Source of the DNA: Callorhinchus milii
Taxonomy: Eukaryota
DNA: 64,000 bases
Direction: 5' to 3'
NCBI RefSeq assembly: GCF_018977255.1
Contig: NW_024704742.1
Location: forward strand, 58,964,001 to 59,028,000
Positions 38,711 to 52,424 of this stretch are shown here, one piece after another. The position numbers were made by a program, and so were the translations under genes. Under the pieces are notes generated by a model. That model did not search any database. It saw only the letters and a program-made list of their open reading frames with translations, and was not told the origin of the DNA. Each line of letters opens with the position of its first letter. Positions within the stretch are counted from its first letter, which is position 1.

Positions 38711-41237
38711 TATTTCCAGCCAATGAGGAAGGAAGCAGTGCTGGATCTAGTTTTGGGAAATGACTAGTGTATACTATAGACTATAGACCACCAAATAGTG
38801 GGAAGGTGATAGATGAGCAAATCTGCAAGCAGATTTCAGAAAGATGCAAAACCGATAGAATAGTGATAATGGGGAACTTCAATTATCCTAAAATAGACTG
38901 GCAAAATAACAATGTAAAGTCAAGGAGGGGGAAGGATTCCTGAAAAGTGTGCAGGATAACTTTCTGGATCAGGATGTTTCCAGCCCGACGAGAAAGGAAG
39001 CAGTGCTGGATCTAGTTTTGGGGAATGAAGTGGGGCAAGTGGAGCAGGTTTCAGTAGGAGAGCATCTGAACAACAGTGATGCCAACATCATTAGGTTTAG
39101 AGTACTTATACAAGGATCAATCAGAGGTGAGGATACTCAACTGGAAGAGGGCACATTCAGTGAGTTAAAAAGGGACCTAGCCAAGCTGGACTGGAATGAA
39201 AGATTGGCAGGTAAAACAATTAATGAAAAATGGGAAGCCTTCAAGGAGACCTTATGGGGACAGAACAAATATATTCTCACAAAGGGGAAAGGTAGGGGAT
39301 CCAAAACTCCCTGGATGAATAAGGAATTGGGATTAAAATAAAATAGAAAAAGGAGATTTATGATAAATGTCAGGTCCAAAATACAGAAGATGATCAAAAA
39401 GAATATAGAAAATACAGAGGAGAACTGAAAAGGGTAATAAGAGGGGCAAAGAGATTATATGAGAAAAGATTAGTGGGTAACATGAAAGGGAACCCTAGGG
39501 TATTTTCTAAGCATATAAAGAATAATAGATGAGTCAAAGGTAGAATGGGTTCTATTAGGGACCAAAGAGGAAATGTTCTTGTGCAGGCAGAGGGCATGGC
39601 TGACGTATTGAATGAATACTTTGCATCTGTCTTCACAAACGAAGAAGATGCAGCCAATGCCACAGTATTGTAGTAGAGGGTAGAGAAATTGGACAAGATA
39701 GGAATAAACCAAGAGGAGGTACTAAAAAGGTTGTCGATGCTCAAGGTAGATAAGTCATTCGGTCCGGACGGGATGCATCCTAGGTTACTGAGGGAAGTAA
39801 GGGTGGAAATAACAGGCTCTGGCCACAATCTTTCAATCCTCCTTGGACATCGGGGTGGTGCCAGAGGACTGGAGGGTCACAAATGTTACTCCCCTGTAAG
39901 GCAAGGGGCAGAATTTTAATTTAGAAAAATATTGCTTAATAAACGAGAGCTGACACGGATTTGTTAAAGGCAAATGTGCCTAACACACCTGATAGAGTTT
40001 TTTGATGAAGTAATGGAGAGGGTAGATAAAGGTAGTGCAGTTGATGATGGATTTACAAAAGGCATTTGATAAAGTGCCACATAAGAGACTTGTAAGCGAA
40101 ATAGAAGACCATGGTATTAAAGGAACAGTGGCAGCACGGATACAGAACTGGCTGGGAGATAAAATGCAGAGAGTGGTGGTGAACGGTTCTTTTTCTGACT
40201 GGAGGGTTGTGTGCAGTGGTGTCCCCCAAGGGTCAGTATTGGGACCACTGCTGTTTTTGATCTCTATAAATGACGTGGACTTGGTGTAGGGAGTACAATT
40301 TCCAAGTTTGCAGATGATACTAAGCTAAGAAAAGTAGTAAACAGTGAGGAGGATAGTAGTAGACTGCAAGAGGACATAGACAGACTGATAAAATGGGCAG
40401 ACATGTGGCAGATGAGGTTTAATGTGGAGAAATGTGAAGTGATGCATTTTGGGAGTAAGAATGAGGATTTTTACATCTAGCAATATAAGATGATGGTAGA
40501 ATCTTAAAGTGGATGAAGGAACAGAGAGACCTGAGGGTTCATATAAGTAGATCTTTGAAGATGGCAGGACAGGTAGATAAAGCTGTTAAAAATACATACG
40601 GGATACTAAGCTTTATAAATAGGAGCATAGCATACAAAAGTCAGGAAGTTATGATGAACCTTTACAAAACACTGGTTAGACGTCAGCTAGAGACTGTGTT
40701 CAGTTCTGGGAACCACACTTTAGGAAGGATGTCAAGGCATTGGAGAGGGTGCAAAGGAGATTTACCAGGATGGTACCAGGAATAAAGGACTTCAGTTACG
40801 AGTGGAAGCCAGATAAGCTAGGATTATTCTCATTGAAGCAGAGAAGGTTAAGAGGAGACTTAATAGAAGTTTTAAAAAATTCTGAGGGGATTCAATAGAG
40901 TGAACAAGGAGAAACTATTTCCATTGGTGGTTGGATCGGTAACCCGTGGACAATGATTTAAAATAGTTGTGTAAAGAAACAGAGGGGAGATAAGGAAAAA
41001 AATTTCACACAGCGAATTGTTCGGATCTGGAATGCATTGTCTGAAAGGGTGGTGGAACCCTATTTGATAACAACTGTTAAGAGTGAAGTAGATAATTATT
41101 TGAGGAGCACAAGTTTGCAAGGCTATGGGGAGAGAGCGATGGAGTGGGATTGAATTGGATAGCTCTTTTCAAAGAGCCGGCACAGACACAATGGGCCAAA
41201 TGGCCTCCTTCTGTGCTGCATAATTCTATGAATCTAT
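38711..41237 (+). mobile_element. CR1 LINE, most of ORF2 (endonuclease end through RT and tail), disrupted
   Basis: [72 protein letters not shown] tail; TSD GAAGTG. Confidence 0.96.
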
Positions 41238-41545
41238 GAAGTGCTGTCCTTTAAATGAGATGTAAAGCTGAAGGTCCATCTGCCTGTTCAGATGTATGTT
41301 GAACATCCCATGGCACAATTCAAAAAGAGAAGAGTGTTTCTCATGGTGTCCTGGCACAATTCTCTAGATGAAATTGGTCATTCACATCATGGATGTTTGG
41401 GTACATTGCTGTGCACAGATTAGCTGCTGCGTTTAGCTACAAATTATATAGTCACAACACTTCATAATAAATTGTGTTAAGTGCTTTAAGACTTCCTTTT
41501 GATATGGAAAAAGCTGTATCAAATGCAAATATTATTTATTATTCA
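41238..41545 (+). mobile_element. 3' part of an old DeuSINE whose 5' part lies at about 38575-38710
   Basis: CTGCCTGTTCAGATG..ATCCCATGGCAC body and tail; continues across the CR1 insertion. Confidence 0.78.
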
Positions 41546-43274
41546 TTATTGAAGTAGCACAAATGGATTTTTGTTGTGAGTTTTCCTGTCTTGTGGCTAT
41601 GATCTAATGTAAATATTGGATAATGTCTATCCCTCATCCTTCTGAGGAGAGGTGTATTGCTTATTTAGATCTACTGCTATCAGCTCTTCAACATGTACAG
41701 ATGTTCTATTGAGATGTTCATCCTCTGTGAAAAGCACTACATAAGGACAAGTTATTTTCATTCTGTCTAGTTTATGTAGCAAGCAACCAGATAGCTGTAA
41801 AAGTTATGACTTTGAAGAAGTGGACCTGCGCTGCTTGGATTGAAGAAAACTATATTACACTTCTGATAAAACAAATGGTTGTACAACATCTGCTTCCCAA
41901 TCATGACTTTCACCAGTACAATGAAATGGCCTCAACTGCAAACATTGTGTGTTGTGGGAATTGACGAGAGGATAAGTGTTATGTGTAATGGGATTGGAGA
42001 TACTAGTTCCACTACTCTCTGCGTGAAGTAACTCCTCTAAAATTCTCTTTTAAATCCTCTAATCATTATCTTAAACATGTGTCCACTTGTTATGGACTCC
42101 CCAACCAATGAAGAGTGGAACTTAAATGTTAACCTATTAAGCTAACCTTATCAAAACCTTTTATAATTTTGAACAACTCTGTTAAGTCCCCTAGTAATTA
42201 CGAAGTGTAAGATTCCAATGAGGATGTATAATAGTTTTATAAGACAGCAGGAAAGATATGCACATATTTATCACCAAATTTCCTAACTGACCCCATGTAA
42301 AGTGATTTCCCCCAAGCTCAAGGTTTGTTGTGAATTGATGGAAAAAAAACAAGAATGTGCACTATCTGCTTTTATAGGCTTGCAAACAATACTTTCTATA
42401 GTAGGAACAGAACATTTCCTGAAATCCAATTTTTTAAAAAAATGGAATGTCTGATATATAACTCCAGGTACGTAACCTGTTGGCAGTGATGGCTGTTTTA
42501 CAGTGAGATCTGGCTGGGTAGATCTGCGGGTGGTTGAGGGAATGCTTTCTCTGCCAAGTCTAATATGCCTCTACCTAGATTTGGAACACTCTTATAACAA
42601 TGATTCAGTAACTCCTCTGTACTTATTGTCTGCGACACACTCCCTTCATAAAACATTGGATCCATGCCCAAATGGGACCCTTTCCAGGTCTTGATTTATG
42701 AAGTGAATTCAAATGAAGGGCAAAAAATTCCTTTTCAGGCCAACTTCTATGTAGACCTCCCTAAAGTGGATTCCATTTTACGGTTCCCAGGAAGCGTTGC
42801 TGATGTAAAAACACTTGGAGAAAGTGCTTAGTATTACGTTGCCATGGCTTATGGTTTCATTTGACAAATAGTTTTAATGCACTCCCACAACTTTATCGAG
42901 GGACATATTTTCATTCACTGCAACTCAATTCAGCCATCAGTGCATGATGATATACACAGCCTCCCCAAATTAGTCTGCCTAATTCTTTGCTAAATTCAAC
43001 AGATTTTTAATCTGTTTTACTGTCAAGCGTTGACAGAGTGACAAAGTTGCTTCCCTGATTACTTTACTTAAAGACAGAACATTTTAAATTTCTACTTCAC
43101 AGAACAATTGCTCTATTTGTACTGGCATCTGAAGTATTGGGCATGGGGTCTAATCTACTTCAATTAGCAGTCCTTTATTGGTGGCTTTTACACTGCAGTG
43201 TATGAGAGAGTTGGCAGCAAAATTTCACAGAATCATAGATGGTTTACAGCAAAGGACATGGTCATTCAGAAGTG

Positions 43275-45310
43275 ACCATAAGCACAGTCGAAAAGGATAA
43301 TCTTAAGGCGGGACTTGAAAAAGGGGAGGGAAGGGGAAAGGCAGAGGGATTGAAAGAGTGTTACAGGGTTTCGGGGTGTAGTGGCTGAAAGCGCGACCTC
43401 CAGTGGTGAAGAGGAGGGTGCGAGGGATAAGCAGGAGGTTGGTGCCAGTCAAGTAGAGGTGCCAGTTGCAGTGAGAAGGTCGGAGAGGTAGGGAGATGCC
43501 AGGGAGTGAAAGGATTTGAACACGAGTGTGAGGATCTTGAAATCGATCCGTTCGGTGATGCAGAGCCAGTGGAGCCTCGCCAGAATGGGTGAGATGTGGG
43601 TACGGAGTTTGGTCTGGGTCAGTTTGCGGGCAGAAGAGTTCTGAATAAGCTGGATTTTTNGAATAGTGGAGCTGGAGAGACCGGTGTTTGAGTAATCCAG
43701 GCGGGAGGTGACAAATGCATGCCCGAGTGTTTTGGTTGCATTTAGGGTAAAGTACGGTCGGAGGCAGGCAATGTGGTGGAGGTGGAAAAAGGCGGTCCTG
43801 GTCAGGGACCAGATGTGGATGAGGAAGGACAGCTGGGGGTTGAACCAGACGCCTAGATTGCGTACTGGTTCAGTGAGTATGAGGGAGAGTCCAGGGAGGT
43901 TGAGGAGTTTAGATCTGCAGGAGTGAAGACGTTGACAGGAGCCAAAGAGTGTGGCTTCTGTTTTGTTCACATTCAGCTGCAGGAAGTTTACACTCATCCA
44001 GGCCTTGATGTCTGCCAGACAAGCTGATAGAACATCAGAGTTGTTGCTGGAGGAGGCAAAGTAGATTTGTGTGTCATCTGCATGCATATGGACATTTACC
44101 CCCTGTCTGCAGATGACATCGCCCAGAGGGAGCATATAGATTAAGAAAAGAAGGGGGCGCAGGTGGAGCTCTGGGGTTATCCCTCAGATGACCGGGCGCG
44201 GGCGGGAGGAGAATCATTCACCGAGATTGAAATAGAGGCAGTTGGTTAAGTAGACTCGAAACATGCGAATGCTGTCCCACTAAGGTGGATGAGGGAGAAG
44301 AGGCGGTGAAGGAGGATGGCAAGTTCGACTCTGTTGAACATGGCAGAGAAATCCATGAGGATGAGGAGGCAGAGGGAGCCCTTGTCACAGATAGAGAGGA
44401 CGTTGTTTGTGACTTTGACAAGTGATATCTCTGTGCTGTGGGCAGGGCAAAAAACAGACTGTAGGGGCTCGAGGAAGGAGTAGAGGGAGAGGTGTGAGCG
44501 AAGTTGACCTGCAACAATGCATTCCAGGACTTTAGCAGGGAAGGATAGTTTGGAAATGGGATGGTAGTGTGAGAGATGAGAGGGATCGAGGGTGGATTTT
44601 TTGAGGAGGGTTTGATAACAGCGGTTTTCAGGGGGAGTGGAACAGAGCCTGAGGAGAGGGACGGGTGGACCGTATCGGCCAGCAGGGGGAGAGGAGAGGG
44701 AATTGAGTGACCAGCAGCTGGGTGGGGAGGGAGTCGAGGCAGCAGATTGTGAACTTCATGTGGGTGATTGTGGTTGAGAGGGAGAAGGGAGAAATGGGGG
44801 CAAAGGAGTGTAAGAAGTAGGAGTGGCAGGAGCTACGGCGGAGGGAGAAGGCGGTGTGGATGGTGTGGGTGAAGTGGAAGGGAACATGGGGGGAGTACAA
44901 TGAAGCCAAGTGGGTGATTTCAATCTTTGAGGTGAAGAAGTCTACGACCTCTTTGCACTTGGCGTTTGATGTGAGGATAGAGGGAGCTTGAGGGGGTGCA
45001 CGGAGGAGGTGATGGACAGTGGAAAACAGTGTCTTTGGATTGTTTTTGGCATCCAGGATGACGTTGGAGTAAAAATCAGTTTTGGCCTGTGAAAGGGAGA
45101 GGTAATAGGAGCAGAGGTATTCCAGCCAAGCTGGCGATGAATCGTGAGGCCGGATTTCTGCTATCTGCGCTCAAGTGTCTGGGTTTGAGTTTTAAGTGAG
45201 CAGAGATGACTGTTTTACCAGGGGAATGTGCTAATTTGGAAACAGCCCCGGATTTCAGGCTTGTGGAGAGACGATCATTCAGCAGCTTGATGGCTGCAAC
45301 ATTTGTATCC
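43275..45310 (-). mobile_element. L2 LINE ORF2 fragment (subfamily B)
   Basis: 228-aa ORF with HADDTQIY, LQLNVNKTE, FVTSRLDYSN, LHWL; contains an N at 43660. Confidence 0.95.
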
Positions 45311-45696
45311 CCAAGATTATAAAACTAATCTAGCAGCATCTTCCATTTAAACTTCAAGTACAGTATTCTCATGCCTCAGTGATAGGGATACCATTGCCAC
45401 AATGCTACATATATAGAAACAGTGATGAGAATGGATTAGTAGTACTGCTCCAGTTAGATTTGAATTGTATGCATTTGAATTGCTGCCAATATGGATCAGG
45501 TGGAAGTTCTGAACTCTGGCACCAACTTGGTACTCGTCAGTAAAATCATATAAGCTACTGCATCACTTAGCTCCAGGTTTGAGTCTTGCAATTGGTTTGA
45601 ACAACTGACTGCTTTGAATAGTTTATTCCCGAAAATTGAGCACACATCAAATGTAAGGATTATTATTTAAACATTTCTAGCAGTAATCCTCCATAG

Positions 45697-46212
45697 GGGT
45701 AGGGGAAGGTGAGTGGAGTCTCCTTGCAGCTGAACTGACCCAAAGGTGATATGTTTGGCAACACTATATCGGAATTGTACCAACCCTTTGTGGCGGTCTC
45801 AGTACTCCAGTTCCTGAGCTAGGCAGGTCCACAATACTCCTGGGCACTGCTGATGACTGATCACTGCTGCAAGCCAAAGCCCCTAATGGGTAGGTGGTCC
45901 TACTTGGACAAGCAGCAGGAAAGTGTGCGAGACAGTACTTTCGATCACAAGCTATGCAATTTTAGCTGGTTAGACTTTAGCAGGACCCCAACGCATACAA
46001 TCTTGGCTCTAACCAACCTATGCCTAATACTCTCCGTAATGAGCTAAACAGGATATGTCCCTCCAAGAAGAGAGTGTGCATTCCATTCCAATAAAATTCT
46101 CTGGAATTTCCATGTGTTGGTGGGATATATGGAACTTTCAGTGTGGTTTGTATTTTCTTAAGCATGGTGATGAGTTTCCACATGTGTCAGACACCCAGCT
46201 GACCTAAAGAAA
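45697..46212. repeat. Family X copy B
   Basis: Shares TTTTAGCTGGTTAGACT, CATTCCATTCCAA, CTTAAGCATGGTGATG and GCTGACC with copy A. Confidence 0.85.
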
Positions 46213-46674
46213 ATCTAATAGTGGAGTACACATTTCAGGCAGATAAATGTAGTTTGCTTTCAAGAAAATGTGGGTATATGGGCAAATTCTGCTTCTGAGA
46301 GCTGCAATAAAGTCACCAATAAAAATTGAGTGAAGTGAGCTGATGTAGCAGGCCAATCTTGGATTCCAATTCTCAACCTAGTTGGGAGTCAAGTGCTCAT
46401 CTTATCACTTGAGCTACCTGGCAAATACCAGAATCTCAAGTTAAACATTAGCACAAGTGGAATTATTACAAGCTCTTTATGAAATGAGATACAGTATCAG
46501 CAACATGAAAGGCAGTTGCTGGAAATTGGATTGTAAATGTGGTTCAAGCAAATAGCATCAATGTATTTAAGAGAAAATGTGATGCATACACGAGAAGAGA
46601 ATACAAGGGTATATGTGAGGGGAATAGGAGTATTGGCGGCTCGTGTGGGGTATAAATACTGGCATGGACAAGAT

Positions 46675-46996
46675 AAAAATAATAATAATAATAATCCTTG
46701 CATTTGATATAGCGCTTTTCACGTCGGGAGGACGTCCCAAAGCGCTTCACAGAATAGACTGTAAAGTGAATTGACTGTATATTTGTGGGCGAACGCGGCA
46801 GCCAATTGCGCACAGCAATGTCCCACAAACAGTCGTAGATTAAAATGACCAATTTATTATTGTTTTTGGATTTTGGAGGGATTATTATTAGGCGTGTGGA
46901 GTAAGGAAACTTGCCCAAGGTTTCGCCCTGTCTGGAATTGAACTCAGGTCTCTCACTTGCAAAGCGAGTGCTCTAACCACTGAGCTACAGGACTCC
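46675..46996 (-). mobile_element. Young full-length tRNA-derived SINE nested in a CR1 3' remnant (about 46530-47048)
   Basis: TSD ACAAGAT at 46668-46674 and 46997-47003. Confidence 0.96.
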
Positions 46997-48719
46997 ACAA
47001 GATGGGCCAATTGGCCAGTTATATATCACTCTATGTAACTCCATGTAATATGCTCTCAGATCACCTGTGTTCTGACATGCAGCTTAACTTTAGAAGTTCC
47101 TGAAGTATCCAGTAGGAATTCCTCAAGTGTACAGATGCAGACTCCCAGTATCGTGCCTGAAAGCCAGGAACACAACAACAACAATTTGCTTTTATATCGT
47201 GCCCTTCATGTGGGTAGAGCTTTGGAGCACTTTCATCTTTCGATGTGCAGTCTAAAAGCTTCTTACTACAATTTTGCTTTTGCTAAACAAAATACTTGGG
47301 GTAAAGCTGCTATTCAGTGAACTGACAGTTCAGACCTACAACCGGGAAGTGAAATACGTGACTTGACCTCATAAATCTCAGCACTGAGAATTAGGTGTTG
47401 TTCGTGTATGTGTGCGTGTGTGTATGTGTGAGGGGGAGGAGACAGAGGGGGAGGACAGTGGAGGTGGGGGGAGGCCAGGGGTGGGAGGATGGGGTGGGGG
47501 CAGAGGGAGTGGGGAGGTAAAGGTGTCCATCTCCAACAGATAAATATGCAGATAAATCCTTATTTGACACTTTGTTGTAAAAAACGGAGGTCTGTGCCAA
47601 CAGAAAAACATAAACAGAATAAATAAGACTAAAAAAAGGAGAATGCACAAGAGGAATAAACATCAGTGCGTTTTGGTGGGATACAAAGCTAACCCTTTCA
47701 TTGTACCATGAAGAGTTGCTAGCAGATGAAAAAGAGGAGAAATATCTTTAATGAAAGGGACTACTTAACATGGGTTATTGAGGACCTTGGTGTGTGGGTT
47801 TGGGGGAGGGAAGCAGGATATTGCTTTGAAGGCCTTTACAAATTAAGTTCAAACTAATCTAATCTCATGAATTATGCTTGAAAATATATTATAGCAAAAC
47901 ATTAGACTATTTCTAAAGTGTAAATCCAATTATGTGCAAACACAGTGATTTCATAATTAAAATACCCTGCTGTGATGTGAAATTTAGGGAATTTCGTATT
48001 AAAAGAAAGGAAAACTGCACAGAAACGCAGATACGTTGGTTATTTGAGTAGTTTTGCTTAGAAGTTGTGGCAAATTTTATCCCAAGAAGGTACATAATAT
48101 TAATTGCTGAGGATCCAAATAATTTACATTGTATATTCACTTGACTCTTTCAAGAACATGTAACCCAAATCCATACTAATTATTAATCCAATACCAGACT
48201 TCAGATGCATAAATCCATCTTTACTTACAGGATCACCTTGTTGACCTCTGTGCAGTGAATGCCATTTTGATTATTTTTTTTCCTAAATTAGAATTGTCAG
48301 CACGTATCTAGGTACTTCCTTAGCTTCCAGAATTCTTCTCTAGCTAACTATCAGTGGAGCAAAGTTCCAGCCTTGGTTTCATGCCAATGTGGCTGTTGAC
48401 TGTAATTTTGAACATTCAGCTCTCTAAACATTTAATTTTGTGCTGATCATATTTTCCTTTTCAATGATGGCCCTGGCACCTATTTACTAGAAGCTGTATT
48501 ATTGCTAAACCCACGAGTGTAACAGCTGATTTAAGCACTTGCGTAGTTGGCAATATACAAAAGGAGGCTGAATTCTATTAGACGTAAAATTACTCCCTTT
48601 GTATGTTTATTTTAGGCCTTTCCCTTTGGTTTGTGAATGTTTGTCTAGGTATAGGCCACTTTACCCCATTGACCATTATTTGTATACAGTTAGCAGCTAT
48701 GTCATTTGAAAATATGACA

Positions 48720-49030
48720 ATAGTCATCTTTGCATATTTCATATCCTTATCGTAGCAAATTAGCTCAAAGTGTTTTCTGCAAAGGTTAGAAACTATGTAG
48801 TTGTCGGTGAATAGAGCAGCCAATTTTGGCAAAGTAATGTTCCACAAACAGTCATGAAGTGAATGATGATTTGTTTTTCTCTCGGAGATTTTTGGCTAGG
48901 ACACTGGGAGAAACTGTCTTCTCTTATTGACAAGTGTCATGACACCTTTAATGACCTCGCTAAACAGTCACACCCTCATTTTAACATCTAGTCCAAAGGA
49001 TGCCATTGTCTCACCACTGCACTAGAGGCT
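48720..49030 (-). mobile_element. Old DeuSINE
   Basis: AATGTTCCACAAACAGTCATGAAGTGAATGA and GGACACTGGGAGAAACT. Confidence 0.75.
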
Positions 49031-49162
49031 GTTTTTAACAGACTAAAGTTAATGGATAAGCTTCCACTTTCTTATTATGATAAGGAAGTTCCAGCAAAGT
49101 GAATCTGAGAACTATGGCACCTGATATACATTGAACTATTGTCTGGTCATGTTTATTAGAGA

Positions 49163-49985
49163 TTTTTTGGGGTAACCGAGTGTATGACACACACGGAAAT
49201 CCATCACACATCACCATGCTTCAGCATCCAAACCAATCTACTGAGAGTTCTGTATGTATAGTTTAATAATAATAATCCTTGCATTTGATATAGCGCTTTT
49301 CACGTCTGGAGGCGCTTCACAGAACACACTGTAAAGTGAATTGACTGTATATTTGTGGGCGAACGCGGCAGCCAATTGCGCATAGCAATGTCCCACAAAC
49401 AGTCGTAGATTGAAAATGACCAATTTATTATTGTTTTTGGCTTTGGAGAATTATTATTAGGAGTGTGGAGTAAGGAAACTTGCCCAAGGTTTCGACCTGC
49501 CTGGAATTGAACTCAGGTGTCTCGCTCGCAAAGCGAGTGCTCTAACCACTGAGCTACAGTTTCCATTTGTCTGGTATGGAATGTACACTTTCATCCCATT
49601 TGGACACATCTTTGCTAGCCTAATTCCGCAGAGTTCAGGGACAGGTTGCCAGGAGCCAAGATTAGGGAACTCTAGTGTGTATAATACAGTACTGGTGTAG
49701 CTTAAGTAGTTAGAATCTATGTGGCTTGCTGTAAGGGCAAGCTTCATGCTGCTTGTGCTGTTGGGACCTCTCTATTCATTGGGTCTTTGGCTTATAGGGT
49801 TAACGGGAGTTGAGTGGAACAAATCCCAGCCCTCAGTAAATGGTGTTCTCCTCCAAACCTTATTAACAAGCCCGCCCCTTATTAACCTTGCCTTGGAATA
49901 CCTCCTCAGGAACCAGTCTCCTAAGACCACGTAGATAATCAACTGGATTCTGATATTCCATCGCCATGCACGCCTCCACTTTGCC
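49163..49985. repeat. Family X copy C (opposite orientation), split by a SINE
   Basis: ATGACACAC..CATCACCATGCTT..ATCCAAACCA, TGGAATGTACACT, GAGCCAAGATT and CTCAGGAAC match the reverse complements of copies A, B and D. Confidence 0.78.
49265..49557 (-). mobile_element. Young tRNA-derived SINE (few 5' bases missing, short deletion in tail)
   Basis: Near-identical to the other copies; TSD AGTTT at 49260-49264 and 49558-49562. Confidence 0.95.
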
Positions 49986-52424
49986 ACACAGAGGAAAACC
50001 AATGAAGGGTAGAATTGGTTGCACCAGTACTGCAAACACACTCTTGTGGATAAGCACACTTTTTTCATGAAACGCATTGTAACTGAACAGACAACTTGAA
50101 ATGAAAAATGAATTCGCTCTGTGACACAACTACTTGGAATATGAGAAACTGGATATTTAAACAGAATAAAAAAAACAGATTTCATCCATGGTCATTTATA
50201 AAAACTGATCTATTCAGCCTTTCAAGAGATAGAGCCAGTGCCATATTACTGCATCTCCGTTAAAGTGTATATATCATTCACATGCAAGGTTTGAAAGAGA
50301 TTGAATGTTCCATCACAATCTCTTTGGAAGCCTGTTTCATGAAGTGAAGAACATGAAGGATAATTTCCGTCGAAGTGTTTAACTTTTCAGGACATCCACA
50401 CTGTATACAATGATTTACGACTGCCAGTCAGACCTTTACACATGACAATTTTGTCAAAACCCATTACTTTAATACCACCCAACTCACTAAAATAGTGCAA
50501 TGTCACAAAGTTATGAAATGACTGGACTGAAACACATTCAATTCATTGTGCTCATTGAATTGAAATTCTCTTTGCTGAACTCACATCATTAGTGATCACA
50601 AAAACATTTTCTGAAACTCTTTTCACCACTCAAAACCTCAAGTTACCCTCAGCAACAGGTCCCTTCTGTGAAAAGTGCAACATTCAATACAATATTCAAA
50701 GCCAGTGATTAATGATGACTTTGCCACAATTTCTGCTTCAAATTACATGCAAAATATTATTTTACTAGATTATGTGTGGTGAAAAATGTGATGTAGTATA
50801 ACTAATTTGATGTAATAGTCAGGCAACAAAGCATTTTTCACTCTATGTTTCAAACACAATCCCCCCTTTTCACAGTTTTTTTTTCAGTTTTTACAGGTGA
50901 TAGTGATGTCCTGTTATTTTGCTGTTGTGTTCTCTGCTCTGTGTGTCACAGCCATTCATTAGCCTTTCCCAGGGACACAGAGCTCCTGGCTCTATTATTA
51001 GCTGGACACATTGTGAAGATCAGTCAGTGAAGAAGTTAAAGTATTGTCAAAGATCTTGAATTTCTCCTCTCAGAATGTAAACATTTTCTGTCTAAAGTTT
51101 AGATTTTTTAGTAAACAATGCATAATAATAGAATTACTATTTTAGGTTTATTTCTAGGGCATTGCAAGATATACTTATTGCAGCAATAACTGTGGAAAAT
51201 CTGTTTTCTGTACCTCCTCTGCTTGTCTTGTAAATTCAAACCAGTTCCCGCCTAGAATCTTTGTAAGCGAACCAAAACAGTGGATGCTAGTTTAGTCCAA
51301 CATAAGAATACACAGTAATACTTCAGGCACCACAGATTCAACAAGACATGTCTGTCTGACAAGTTCTTTCACTGCTCATCTTTGATCCCATCTATCAGTT
51401 TCTCTTGCCTTAATGGCAGACGTTCCTTCCATGCTCCTCAGTTTGCTCAGATATCACTCTAACAAGCAAAACAAACTTGTAGAAAATGACACAGTTAAGT
51501 GAAATGCACTCCATTGAGACTCGGGCATTATTTAAAATTACATTTGGTAACAAAAGCACCTGCTGCCCAAATAACAGGTTACAGGTTGAAGCCTCAGGGC
51601 TGCTCAAGCTGCAATTCATCTGTTATGGTTGGGAGCTTATATCACAATTTTTCAGCTGGGCAATTAGATGGATCACTGCAACACTGCAGGATGGTACCTT
51701 TTTTAATGGATAAAACCAGGGTTTGCTGTCTGTCTGTGCAGAGTGGAGAAGACAACAAAGGTGCCTATCCTTCTGCTAAATTCGATTGAATTGCAATAAG
51801 GAGCTCTACAGATACAATTCTGAATTTAACATTGGCTCCAAGCAATGTCTATTTAAATGTGGGAAAATTATCTCAATATGCAATTCTCACACCGTTTTTG
51901 ATTTGATAATTTAAATACAGTGAAAAGCAACAATAAAGTGGATGTTTTCCATTTACCTGGTAGGAGATTTTTATAGGGCACAGCAGGGTTTTGTCACAAG
52001 TCTGGTAGCTTCTTGTTAGTTCCTGAAATACAATAAGAAAGGGAAATATCAAAAGAAAGGTTCTTTTTAATTTCACAATTTCGCTGCTATTTTGCTAGTG
52101 ATATAGCTGGAAGAGAACATCTGGGTTACAAATGTAACATCCTCTTAAACCAAACAATACAATACAAAATTACATTTATACAGTGCCTTTCATGTCGGGA
52201 GGATGCCCCACGAAGCTGCGACAGAACTCGATTCCCACATACGAGCAGCAGTGGTCTGGCTGACAGACGTCAGGCTGAACAAAAAATACAGATAAGTAAG
52301 ATACTAAAGTAAGATACTACTTATAGGAAACAAGATTAGGAAATGCATGTGCTCCATGGATGCAATAGAACTGGCCAAGGTGCAACTTGACAGTGATCTA
52401 TGTCAAAACTGTGTTTTGGTTATA

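Noticed and set aside
43449..44135. Longest ORF (228 aa) as a functional RT gene
   Set aside because: It is a fragment of a frameshifted, truncated L2 with a degenerate HADD motif.
49772..50185. 137-aa and 88-aa minus-strand ORFs with a plausible acceptor
   Set aside because: They partly overlap family X copy C and show no recognisable protein similarity.
50898..51030. Strong + strand acceptor followed by a Cys-rich frame
   Set aside because: The frame stops after about 44 codons with no good donor and no recognisable family.
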